A program made the translations under genes and the position numbers. 64,000 nt of DNA from Mytilus edulis. Taxonomy: Eukaryota. How positions within the stretch are numbered: the stretch's first letter is position 1; every line of letters starts with the position of its first letter. The stretch is from assembly GCF_963676685.1 (NCBI RefSeq), contig NC_092345.1, positions 32,240,001 to 32,304,000 of the forward strand, written 5' to 3'. Under the pieces are notes generated by a model that was not told where the DNA came from, searched no databases, and worked only from the letters and a program-made list of their open reading frames with translations. Positions 25,096-37,905 of the stretch are shown here, one piece after another.

Positions 25096-28000
25096 TGTTG
25101 AGATTATCGCGGGAACATAACGTTCCAACTATTGTACATGTCTATTGTCGACGTCGTATTGTCAGTGACGTCGCCTTGGGCGGAAATACGTACTTGTATA
25201 TTAAATGTAATGGCTGAACAATTGTTGTAATATCGTTCCCTGAACTATCATCTATATTTATGGTGCCTTGACCAATGGATCTCGTAAAATTGAAATCAGT
25301 CCGATCGGGGAACAGAAGCGCTGTTACCAGATTATTCCGAAGATTAGATGAAGCGAAGGAAAATTCGAATTTCGACGAAGAAGAAGTTATTGCAACACTC
25401 GGAAAACTAGTGCAAAAACAAACATTGTTTGAGGACTTAAACGAACAAATTCTAAAGTTAACAGAACCGGAAAATGTGGAAAATGAGATTATTGATTCAG
25501 ACGAATATTCAGTGGATATGGAAACGAAGATTCGCCACATACGTAAGTTCATACAAAATGTCCAAACACCACAGTCACGTCATATTGATTCACATACAAC
25601 AACCCACACATTAAATCCAGAAACTATACCGTTTGTTCCAACGCACAACATAGCAAACCCACACAACGCACAGTCGTTTGAGAACCCGTCTGTACAAGCC
25701 AGTCATACGTTCAACACACAGCAAAGTACATTTTCGTCAGCTAGTAGTCACCGCCTACCAAAACTTTCGCTTCCAATATTCTCAGGCAACATCTTAGAAT
25801 GGCAAACTTTCTGGGACTCATATGAGTCGGCCGTACACCTTAACTTGTCACTTACAAATGTACAAAAATTCAATTACTTGAAAGCACAGCTAGAACATGA
25901 AGCACTAGATTCTATAGCAGGGTTCGCACTAACAAATGTAAACTACGATGAAGCCGTAAATTTATTAAAAGAGAGGTTCGGTCAACAAGACAAAATCATA
26001 AATGCATACATGCAGGCATTATTAGAAATCCCTTCGCCCAGAAATAATCTAACAGGCTTACGAAGTTTTTACGATAAAATGGAAAGTTACGTCAGGGGAT
26101 TAGAAGCTTTAGGTCAGACACAAGAAACATACGGTACTCTGTTTGTTCCGATTATTATGAAAAATTACCCGGGGAAGTCAGACAACATCTCGCGCGAGAC
26201 CATAGAATACAAACTTGGGTATTACGGGACCTCCGTAAAAGCATTTTAGATGAAATAAATATAATAGACTCAGGACAAGAGATAGAGTCGACAAACCATT
26301 TGCCCACAACATCGTCTTTCTTTGCCGGAGCGAAATCGGCAAAATCCAAATCTTTCAAGAATATTGAGACAAGACCTTGTGTATTTTGTCATGAAATACA
26401 CGCACCTACCCAGTGCAGTAAAATAACCGACACAGAATCCCGTATGATGATAGTAAAACGTGATAAGTTATGCTTTAACTGCCTCGGTAAACACAGAATA
26501 AATGAATGTAAATCTAAACATACATGTAGAAATTGTGGTAAGAAACACCATACAAGCTTGTGTAATGCACGTCCAACAAACAACATAAAACCAGTGAATG
26601 AGGTAAACAATAGAAACGGGAGTAGTAACTCAGCGCATACGAACTTCCACGCGAAAGATAACCAGAACAGCAACCCGTCAAACCCGTCATCGACAACGTT
26701 CAACTCGTAAATGAACTTCATGATACAGAAGAAGATACTACCATTTTGTATTCTCAATCGACAGAATCGCGATCAAATGTACTATTGAAAACCGCCGTAT
26801 CTCAAGTAGGTTCGAACCAGCACTTTATCGATACGAATATTCTTTTTGACGAAGGAGCTCAAAGATCGTTTTTGACGCAGAACTTAGCGAATAAACTCAA
26901 TTTACAGATAGAAGGAACAGAGATAATACATTTATCGGCATTTGGAGGTGAAGAGAAAAACACGAGACACTTAGAAAAGACAACAATCTATCTGAAAACC
27001 GATGCAGGACACGTATTGCCAATCAAAGTACTGATAGTACCGATGATCGCCACGCCTCTACAGAATCACATACGTAATATTGATACACAGAACGGTTATT
27101 TACGTGGTTTGAAGTTAGCACACACGATGACGCAGCAAGATTCATTTGAGATATCGTTGCTTGTAGGTGCAGATCACTACTGGGACATTGTAGAAGACCA
27201 TATTGTACGGGGAAACGGTCCGACCGCCGTGAAATCCAAGATAGGATATTTGCTTTCGGGACCTACATACAGTAAGAAAACTAACACGTCGAAAACTAGC
27301 ATGTTTAATATTCTAATATCACACAAAGATGAAGAATACAATTTAGAGAGATTTTGGAATTTAGAATCAATAGGTATAAATAGTAAGGAGTTAGACGAAG
27401 ACGACGATGACTACATTAAAGCATACCAGGCCAGATCAATTGAGTTCAGAGAAAATAAGTATTTCGATAGGTTAACATGGAAACAGGATCATGATGAATT
27501 GCCTACAAATTTAGCAGTCACGAAAAGAAGGACAGAAAACGTCATTAAAAGACTTACCCAAAAACCTGATATGTTAAAGAAGTACGGGAACATTATACAA
27601 GAACAGGAACGAAGGGGATTCATAGAGAGAGTGGATGAAACAGCTGAAAGTCAAGAAAAAATACACTATATTCCTCACCATCCAGTACAGAAGGAATCAA
27701 GCACTACGCCTATCCGAATCGTTTATGACTGCAGTTGCCGCCAGTCGCCTAATTCGCCTAGTTTGAATGACTGCCTCTTGGACATACCGCCGAAACTAAA
27801 CGACCTGACAAAAATCCTGATGAGATTTAGAGCCAACCCTGTCGCCATAACAACGGATATTGAAAAGGCCTTTTTACATGTTGGATTAAACGAAGATGAC
27901 CGAGACGCTACACGTTTCTTGTGGCTCAGTAACCCATCCGACCCAACAAGTAATCTACAGACTTACAGGTTCAAATCCGTCCTTTTCGGAGCGACTTGTT

Positions 28001-30955
28001 CGCCGTTTATGCTTAACGCCACGATACTGAAACATTTACAACGTTACAACAGTACAACATCTACATTGATGGAAAGAGACTTGTACGTGGACAACATTCT
28101 GACAAGTTTACAGAACGAGGATGAAGCTAATACGTATTATAAGGAAGCGAGAACATTGTAACAAAAAGGGAGATTTTGAAATATTCTTCGAAAGTATACG
28201 ATCAACTTGGAATACTCAGCCCCGTAACAATACGAGCAAAGATGCTCATACAGGAGCTATGGAAAAGTAAACTTGATTGGGATGAACCAGTTCCGGAAAA
28301 CTTTAAGGCTACTTGGATTAATGTAGCAAGCGACTTAGAGAAAGCGACACAAATCGTATTTCCGAGATATTATTTCTCCGTTAATTCTACTTCGGAACAA
28401 TTTGAACTACATGTATTTTGCGATGCAAGTCCAAAAGCGTATGGAGCGACTGCATATCTGAACAACGGAACCGAAACCACGCTAGTGATGGCGAAAAGCA
28501 GAGTAGCGCCAGTGAAAAACCTAACATTACCGCAACTAGAACTTATGGCCGCAGTTATTGGAACTAGACTAGCGTCACATGTAAAATCGACTTTTGAATG
28601 TAAAAACGTGTTTTTCTGGTCGGATAGCTGCATAGTATTACACTGGTTAAAATCGTCGAAACCGTTAAAACGATTTATTGCCAATCGAGTGCGAGAAATA
28701 ACGGAATCTACAAATCAACATGAATGGAGATATTGTCCTACAGAATACAATCCAGCAGATCTCTTAACACGAGGAATTGACGCCGATCAATACATCAATA
28801 GTGTCATTTGGAAAAAAGGACCAAATTGGTTAACGAATCAGACAAAATGGCCAGAAATAACTCCAACAAGTAAAGCAGTATTGACAATTACAGGAGAAAA
28901 CGACGACGAGGAATTTCTAAACAATGACGTTCATACTGATAACTATGGTATTGGTAACATCATAGACATTTCGAAATATGGGACTTTCAGGAAATTGATT
29001 CGAGTAACCGCTTACGTTCGTCGGTTCATATCTAATTGCCGATTTCCAAACATCTAAGAAAAAGTGGAGTCTTGACGACAAATGATATTAATACCGCGGT
29101 GCGTTCATGGATATTAGATTGCCAAAAATCTTCATATTCCGCCGAAATAAAAAGTTTACAGGACACACGAAATAAAAACACAATGAAATATCCAAGAATA
29201 AGACAATTAGGACTCTTCATAGATGACGATGGCCTTGTGAGATGCAACGGAAGGATTCACAATGCACCGATTTCAGAGAATACTAAATTTCCATATCTTA
29301 TACCTGCAAATCATCCACTTACCAAACTGATAGTGATAGACGCACACGAACGTTCACTCCATTCTGGACTAAATGCTACGCTTACTTATGTACGACAATC
29401 GTATTGGGTACCGACACTTCGACAATTTGTTAAGAAGTTATTAAACAAATGTGTAACTTGCCGCAAAGTTATGGGAAAATCTTACAACAAACCGGATCCG
29501 CCACCCCTACCGAAAATAAGAGTACAGGAAGCTTCGCCATTTACCGTCACAGGAGTCGATTATACAGGTGCTTTATACATAAAAAACTCAGAAGGAACTT
29601 TAAGGAAAGCGTATATATGTTTATTTACATGCGCATCGACAAGAGCAGTTCACCTCGAAGTAGTTCCAAACTTCATTTATTCAGGCATTTCGACGCTTTG
29701 TTAGCCGTAAATCTTTGCCTAAAATTCTAGTATCTGACAATGCAACTACATTCATTGCAGGATCTGCAGAAATAAAAAGATTATGTGAATCGGATATAGT
29801 TAAAGATACTTTATCAACACACGGTGTAGAGTGGAGATTCATACCGAAACGTGCACCTTGGTATGGTGGATTTTGGGAGCGCTTGATTGCTCTGACGAAG
29901 ACAAGTTTGAAGAAAGTGCTTGGACGATCCCAAGTAAATATGGAAACACTTCAAACAGTTGTTACGGAAATAGAAACTATCTCAAATGACAGACCGCTAA
30001 CATATCCATCGTCCGATATCAAAGACTGTGAAGCTTTAACTCCGTCTCATCTACTATACGGAAGGCGCATTTCAACATTACCGTACCCGCAATCAGAAAT
30101 TGAGAATATCCTAGACCCGACTTACATGGGACATAAAGATCTTAATAAAAGTGTATACAGACAAACACAATTGATTCAACATTTCTGGAAAAGATGGAAA
30201 TCCGAATACCTTACGTCTTTACGCGAATTTCATAGGACAATCGGAAAAAATGAACAATTAATAAATACAGGACACATCGTACAAATTCACAACGAATGTC
30301 CGAGGATAAACTGGAAAATTGGGATCGTAACCGAACTAGCCAGAGGTAATGATGGACTTGTAAGATCAGCACGAATAAGGACCAGCACAGGAGAAACTAC
30401 AAGACCGATCGCAAAATTATATCCGTTGGAAGTAACACAAACGATGACAAACAACTCCAACTTTCCAATTGGTGAACAGGAACATATGGAGGACAGACCG
30501 AAACGAAAAGCTAGTCTAAAAGCCCGTGAGACGATACAGAAGTGGATTCACCAGTGATGTTAGCGATGAACATTAACAATTACACGTTTTAGTGCAAAGT
30601 TGAATTTTATTTTATTTCATGAGAGACTTTAATTGAATTTAATCGTTAAATGTAATTTCCGTTTTTATATGATTTGCTCAGTATTACAAAGAAAAACACA
30701 ACGCGAGAGACAATTTCAAAGTGATATTATTTTTAATGGACAATTGAGATTTTTAGAAAATTGTGATAATTTTTACTTTTTCGCGGCCCCAGTATGTTGA
30801 GATTATCGCGGGAACATAACGTTCCAACTATTGTACATGTCTATTGTCGACGTCGTATTGTCAGTGACGTCGCCTTGGGCGGAAATACGTACTTGTATAT
30901 TAAATGTAATGGCTGAACAGTTGTTGTAATATCGTTGCCTGAACTATCATCTATA
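25096..30955 (+). mobile_element. BEL/Pao LTR retrotransposon 3, full length but decayed
   Basis: 161-bp LTRs 25096-25256 and 30795-30955 (2 mismatches seen); TSD ACATC (25091-25095, 30956-30960); PBS TGGTGCCTTGACCA at 25261. Confidence 0.95.
25275..30557 (+). pseudogene. Disrupted gag-pol of element 3
   Basis: Six ORF pieces colinear with element 1 (RLPKLSLPIFSG, CFNC, LFDEGAQRSF, YVDN, FCDAS, CVTC, SDNA, WERL). Breaks near 26160, 26710, 28160 (RT C-terminal stretch missing relative to element 1), 29050 and 29680. Confidence 0.92.
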
Positions 30956-32570
30956 ACATCATTAGGGTTAGGGTTATAGACATCATTAGGGTTGGGGTTA
31001 AAGACAGCATTAGGGTTAGGGTTATAGACATCATTAGGGTTATAGACAGCATAAGGGTTAGGGTTATAGACATTAATAGGTAGGTTATAGACAGCATTAG
31101 GGTTAGGGTTATAGACATCATTAGGGTTAGGGTTAAAGACATCATTAGGGTTAGGGTTATAGACATCATTAGGGTTAAGGTTAAAGACATCATTAGGGTT
31201 AGGGTTAAAGACATCATTAGGGTTAAGGTTATAGACATCATTAGGGTTAGGGTTATAGACATCATTAGGGTTAGGGTTATAGACATCATTAGGGTTAAGG
31301 TTATAGACATCATTAGGGTTAGGGTTATAGACATCATTAGGGTTATAGACATCATTAGGGTTAGGGTTATAGACATCATTAGGGTTATAGACATCATTAG
31401 GGTTATAGACATCATTAGGGTTATAGACATCATTAGGGTTAGGGTTATAGACATCATTAGTGTTGGGGTTACAGACAGCATTAGGGTTAGGGTTATAGAC
31501 ATCATTAGGGTTAGGGTTATAGACAGCATTAGGGTTAGGGTTATAGACATTATTAGGGTTAGGGTTATAGACAGCATTAGGGTTAGAGTTAAAGACATCA
31601 TTAGGGTTAGGGTTATAGACATCATTAGGGTTAAGGTTAAAGACATCATTAGGGTTAGGGTTATAGACATCATTAGGGTTATAGACATCATTAGGGTAGA
31701 CATCATTAGGGTTATAGACATCATTAGGGTAGATATCATTAAGGTTATAGACATCATTAGGGTTATAGACATCATTAGGGTTATAGACATCATTAGGGTT
31801 AGGGTTATAGACATCATTAGTGTTGGGGTTAAAGACAGCATTAGGGTTAGGGTTATAGACATCATTAGGGTTATAGACATCATTAGGGTTAGGGTTATAG
31901 ACATTATTAGGGTTAGGGTTATAGACAGCATTAGGGTTAGGGTTATAGACATCATTAGGGTTAGGGTTAAAGACATCATTAGGGTTAGGGTTAAAGACAT
32001 CATTAGGGTTAAGGTTAAAGACATCATTAGGGTTAGGGTTATAGACATCATTAGGGTTATAGACATCATTAGGGTAGACATCATTAGGGTTATAGACATC
32101 ATTAGGGTATACATCATTAAGGTTATAGACATCATTAGGGTTATAGACATCATTAGGGTTATAGACATCATTAGGGTTAGGGTTATAGACATCATTAGGG
32201 TTATAGACATCATTAGGGTTAAAGACATCAGTAGGGTCAGGATTATAGACATCATTAGGGTTATAGACATCATTAGGGTTAGGTTTATAGACATAATTAG
32301 GGTTAGGGTTATAGACAGCTAAAGGGTTGTAGACATCATTAGGGTTAGTGTTATAGACAGCTAAAGGGTTATAGACATCATTAGGTTTAGGGTTATAGAC
32401 ATCATTAGGGTTATAGACATCATTAGGGTTAGGGTTATAGACATCATTAGGGTTAGAGTTATAGACAGTCTTAGGGTTAAGGTTATAGGTATCGTTAAGG
32501 TTAGGGTTATATACCGCATTAGTGTGAGGGTTATAGACAGCAATATGGTTAGAGTTGGGTTAAATTAATA
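30956..32570 (+). repeat. Terminal, degenerating segment of the 24/18-bp satellite
   Basis: Mix of 24-, 18- and 15-bp units; divergence rises after ~32200. Confidence 0.92.
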
Positions 32571-33215
32571 TTTCCAATAGGATAAAAAATGAGTTAGGGC
32601 TACACTAGGGTTTGCCTTAGGATAACAAATTGACAATAACAGGCATCATAAGTCAAAACATAAACACTCTGCATTCCAATTAGGGTTATGGCTAGGGGTT
32701 GGGTTGGGGTTAGGGTTAGGCTTAAATAAAAAAATACAAATAGGATTAAAAATGAGTTAGGGCTACAATAGGGTTTACCTTAGGATAACAAATTGACAAC
32801 AAAAAAATCTTAAGTAAAAATATAAACACTCAGCGTTACAATTAGGGTTATGGCTAGGGTTAGGGTTAGGGTTAGGGTTAAATTAAAATTTACGAATAGA
32901 ATTATTAAAATTAAGTGTGGGTTACAATAGGGTTTACCTTATGATAACAAATTGACAAAGTCAGACATCAGAAGTCAAAACATAAACACTAAACAGTACA
33001 ATTAGGGTAATGGCTAGGGTTAGGGTTAGGGTAAGGGTTAGAGTTAAATTAAAATTCACAAATAGGATTGAAATTTAGTTAGGGCTACAATAGTGTTCCT
33101 TAGGATAAAAAATTGACAACAAGAAATATCTTTAGTCAAAACAAAAACACTCAGCGTTACAATTAGGGTTATGGCTAGGGTTAGGGTATGGTTAGGGTCA
33201 GGGTTAGGGTTAAAT

Positions 33216-33776
33216 CATCTTCGCTAGCCAAGGGTTATATATATATATATATATACGATCCACTCCCGCTCTCTTCACCCTTGGCGGATTGAGATAATAT
33301 TTCGGAGACACAAGGTAAGGATTTTTATTGGTTGCAGTAGAAACTCGCTGCATCCAATCAAATAGCGCCTATAACATGATCACGTGTAAATGTAGAAAGT
33401 GTTTGTAAACAATTGTCACGTGTTTATTGTGCAACAAGTCTTTACGTCACTAAACATACGACTATACTTAGTGGCAACTTGAATGTTTTTAATCAACTAA
33501 TAGAAGTTCCTGTGTATGTTTCATGCACAAATGCATGAATGTTGACGTATATTTTCGTTTCCGGCTTTACCAAGTGGGTAGAATATTGACGCTACCGTGT
33601 TTTTACCTCCAAATTGAAGAGTCCAAGTGCTACCTTTGGTCAAGAATAATGTATTCGGAATGGGCTTGACTTTAATCTTCCGATAGATGGCGCAACATTT
33701 ATATCACAAATGTTGGCTCAATCTGCCAACGGTGAAGAGAGCGGGAGTGGATCGTAACCCTTGGCTAGCGAAGATG
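33216..33776. mobile_element. MITE with ~60-bp TIRs and 9-bp TSD (Mutator-like)
   Basis: CATCTTCGCTAGCCAAGGGTTA...TAACCCTTGGCTAGCGAAGATG; TSD GGGTTAAAT (33207-33215, 33777-33785); (TA)n expansion inside the left TIR. Superfamily inferred from TSD length only. Confidence 0.88.
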
Positions 33777-34534
33777 GGGTTAAATCAAAATTCACAAATA
33801 GGATAAAAATTGAGGGAGGCTTACAATAGGGTTTGCTTTAGGATAACAAATTGACAAAGTCAGACATCAGAAGTCAAAACATAAACACCCAGCGTAACAA
33901 TTAGGGTAATGGCTAGGGTAAGGATTAGGGTAAGGGTTAGGGTTAAATTAAAATTCACAAATAGGATTGCAATTTAGTAAGGGCTACAATAGGGTTTTCC
34001 TTAGGATAATCAGGTGCTCCGCAGGGCGCAGCTTTATACGACCGAAGAGGTCGAACCCTGAACAGTTGGGGCAAGTATGGACAAAACATTCAAGCTTGAT
34101 TCAGCTCTGAATTTGGATTGTGATCAAATTTTTGACATTATATGGGTTTTTTACACAAAAAAAATGTCAAGATCTTACAAACCAATTAAAGATTTCTTCT
34201 TCAAACTTATTTAAATTTAAAATTAAATAGTTGACACAGCATAGGTTTCTGACACAGAATGAATGTGGTCTAATTAACTTAATTTTTTTTTTGCCATTGA
34301 GCAATTCACTATGCTGTTGAATATTAATCCTCTCAAAAAAATGTTTGAAGAAATTTTCTTTTTATTTATGAAATCTGAAATGAGAATAAATTGACCCCCC
34401 CCCTTCCAATATTTTTTCACATCCCCCTTTCCCTTATTCCAAAACTGATCTCAATTCAAATTCTAATGGAGTTTGCAACAATAACTACTCATTTAAATAC
34501 ATCATAAAATTTTAAAATGAAAAAAAAGTGCTTG

Positions 34535-37500
34535 TAGTACGGTGACCAGACCCAATTTTTTTTTAGATTTAATCGTCAAAGATACTATATGGCTATATTA
34601 TATATCATTAGATTCGGAAAAATTAGTACTTTTGAAATATTGATGTCGTCAAAAAGAAATGTGGTAACAGGTTTGCATAAAATAAGGTCAAAGATCAAAT
34701 TCTGTTTTATTTGTTTTCCTCCATACTTTCACAATTTGAAGATATATACAACAATTTAGGTTAAATTTTAGAAACAGACATTTCTTCAAATCAATTAACA
34801 ATGAATTATCTTGAAAGTGTAAACAAAAATTAATCAGGAAATCGATTTATTCTTGAAATTTGCGTTTTTCAAACGCTTGATCTATTATACACATATTATG
34901 TTAAAGTTACAGTAGTTACCTTGTCGGCTGCCATTCATCCTCAGCAATAAAGGATAAATATTATTATTTTACCCGAAGCCTACTATCATGATTGAAGGCG
35001 TGTTTTGCATAAGCTCATTCATGTTATTCTTTAAATCTAAAAAGCACTCAATACCTCGAAAACAGTTACAATTCAAAACTCAAATCAAACAGATCCACAC
35101 AACAGAATTATGACAGGAGTATCTTCTGATTCATCTGTCAAGGAACATGATTTGAAATATCTACATAATTATGACCGTTTACAGTATCAAAGCTCCGGAC
35201 ATGTAAAATTTTGTTGCGAACAAACAAAAGACTTTTTACATGGAGATTTTCCCTTCAATGAAAACACAAGATCCTGCAAGAATTCTGCTAACATATGCCC
35301 TTTGAAATACACGGGGTGTAATGAATCATTTAACTCTCACCAACTGTATTCTAAAATTGACGGAATAGGGGGTTTAGCAATGTGTAATGCGGTCCAAATT
35401 TTTAGTTTGAATCGAAGTAAGTAAAACATGCTGCTTCGGTGTCGCCTCACGGGGAGCTAATCTGACTAAACTTACATCTTTTCTGGTGGCAAGCTTGATG
35501 CGCATTTGATAATTATTATGATTGGATGGTTTCAAAGAGATTTTTCAAATCATAAAGCTTTGGTATTAACTTTCATGCCCAAACAAGGGCTTCATATTTG
35601 TCAATATTACAGAAACTCTAAAAACCTATGAAATAGTCGTGCGTGTCCCTCAAAGTCTTGTAGACAGTTTGCTGACCTACTCCAAACAGAGACAAAGTTG
35701 TGTCGCATCCGGTAAGTGCATGTACATCAGGCAATAGTTTACAAATTGTTGGGGAAAGACAGACAAATATACATGTAGTTAGTGAATGGTTAAAAATCTT
35801 CGCTCATCCTTTACACTGCTTATGTTCCCCATCTTTACCCACAACTCGCTTGTATGTCTCATATATTTATAGTAGTGAACACACAGAACAATCACATTTG
35901 TATTAGAGGTCCGTATGATTGTTCTTCCGCTATTTCCCATTTCTCTAAACTTCGGGTCTAAGTTTAAGGCGTTAAGTTTCGGCCTCCTCTTGATCATGAG
36001 TGCTAGACAAGTTAAGAAAGACATTGCTGTAACAGTTTTGGTATAAATAACTTTAACAATTTCGGGTTTTACACAACGTTCTGGCAATGTAAAACTCACA
36101 TGAGGTGAAATCATAGGAGATTTGTCAAAGTGTTCCAGTTAGGAATACTTCTCTCCTAAAAATCTGATGGAAGCTGTAGACTTTTTGCGGCGTTTCCTTT
36201 CGACAGACTTAATAGAGTTGTTCATGTCGTAGCGGTCAAAAACATCTGCAACATCTGCTTTTGTGTGCGTTGTAGAAATTCATTGGGACATATTTTTTTA
36301 TAGCTGCAAGGTCACCGAATGTTTTACCTTTCTTAACATCAATACATGATTTCTTAGGTAAGTTGTGAGTGATGGTGCAAAGGAAGGCAGGAAAAGTCCA
36401 CAAGTGACTTCAGATTTTAATTGCTTCACAAAATCAGACTTGCATGACTTTCTCATTGTGCCGTCATCTTGAAAAAGAAAAATTGGAATGGAACATACAG
36501 GGTGCGATAGTATATGTTCTATGGTAACATCATCTCTACCTTTTGTCAAAATCAGTGCACGTCTAAATACAAGTTATGGATTTATGAGACCTAAAAGCAT
36601 TTCCCCCAAATTTAAATTTAAGGTTTGTTTTTGTTGTCATGTTAGCAAACGTTTTTAGTTTTGCCTTTGATATAGAACTATAAAACTCCGTACTGATCTA
36701 AAGAAAGAGCACACGTGATGAAATGTTTAGACATTTCCAAGCCCTCCTCGACAGCGGTGAGCAAATTGATGTGACATGGAGAATGGGATTCCACAACAAA
36801 GGGATCAGATCAGTCATGCTTCTTTCAAATGGTCCACAATGCCAATAACATGTTCTTCATCTCTTTTCATAGCTGATAATTTTGTTTCCTCTTGTGAATT
36901 TGCATCATTTCTAGCCCCTTTCAGCGTTACACAACTAAGGGATTCTAGGAAATGTCTAGTAAGAGTCCATCTAACAAGCGCAGACTATTGATTTTTTATG
37001 CCTACAGTGCCACCTGATCCCCCTGAGGATTTTATAACGTCTTTTCTGTTGCCATGTCAGTCCATGTACTGTTATAAAAATGTCCAGATTTATGTCTAAA
37101 GGCATAGCCAGCTATAAAAGGTGATCGAATATTCTCAGAAAGTTGAAACATATCGAGTATGTAAAGTGGCATCCACCTTCAGTAATTGGTACGGTTGACG
37201 ATCTGCAGGAAGTGACCAATTTCCATCTCGTTCTGCTCTATCATTTGAAAGCAAAATGTCTACTGCTTTAAGGAACATATCCCAGTATTTGAATGTATGT
37301 GATACAGCACATCCCCATTACTTATATGTCTCTATAAGAGGCTGTATATATGAGCTTCGAATAGCTCCGTCATATGAGTGTTAGGACTTGTGTCTTGCTT
37401 GAATTGTTAAAATAATGCTTCTGAGATAAATGAATTCGATATTATTGATTAAAAAGGGGATGAAATATCATATAAATGTTAATTATATTATATTTTGCGT

Positions 37501-37905
37501 TAAAAAAAATGATAAAATTGAATTGAAACGTACTCTATTAAATGCAAAATATTCGTAGTGTTTATCTTTTCCATAGACTCTTTAAAAACGGGTTAATTTT
37601 GCTAAACGTTATTTGAAATCGTTAAAATAAGGTGTAACAACAATGTATATAATAACTGAAATTATATCACGGATGTTATTTTACAATGTAGACCTCAAAA
37701 CTTTTCTAAGTCGATTTTCCGTTCAAGTAAACTAACGTACTTCAAAGCCCATTTTACGAAAATTGCACCGTACGATTTTTTGACGACAAGTCAAAATGTT
37801 GAGTTTAACCTTTGAACTATCAATACTGTGAATGTTAGCCGTATAGTTCGAATGACAATTAAACTCCTTAAATAAGCGACTTTTTCTGACTTGGTCACCG
37901 TACTA
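34535..37905 (-). mobile_element. Academ (AcademX-type) DNA transposon, decayed
   Basis: TIRs TAGTACGGTGACCA...TGGTCACCGTACTA; 3-bp TSD TTG (34532-34534, 37906-37908), confirmed against the uninterrupted HINE copies (gcttgttatcac). Minus-strand transposase remnants: ERDGNWSL, NRTNY..WMPLY, TDMATE, LFQDDGTMRKSCKS, DVFDRY and XPG-like VHALTGCDTT. Confidence 0.85.
35690..37300 (-). pseudogene. Academ transposase/XPG-like nuclease remnants
   Basis: The motifs listed above lie in several frames with stops; boundaries approximate. Confidence 0.75.

Noticed and set aside
1-32570. True terminal telomere or telomerase product
   Set aside because: Wrong polarity relative to the unique DNA, a fixed 12-bp non-telomeric spacer, and kb-scale higher-order duplications.
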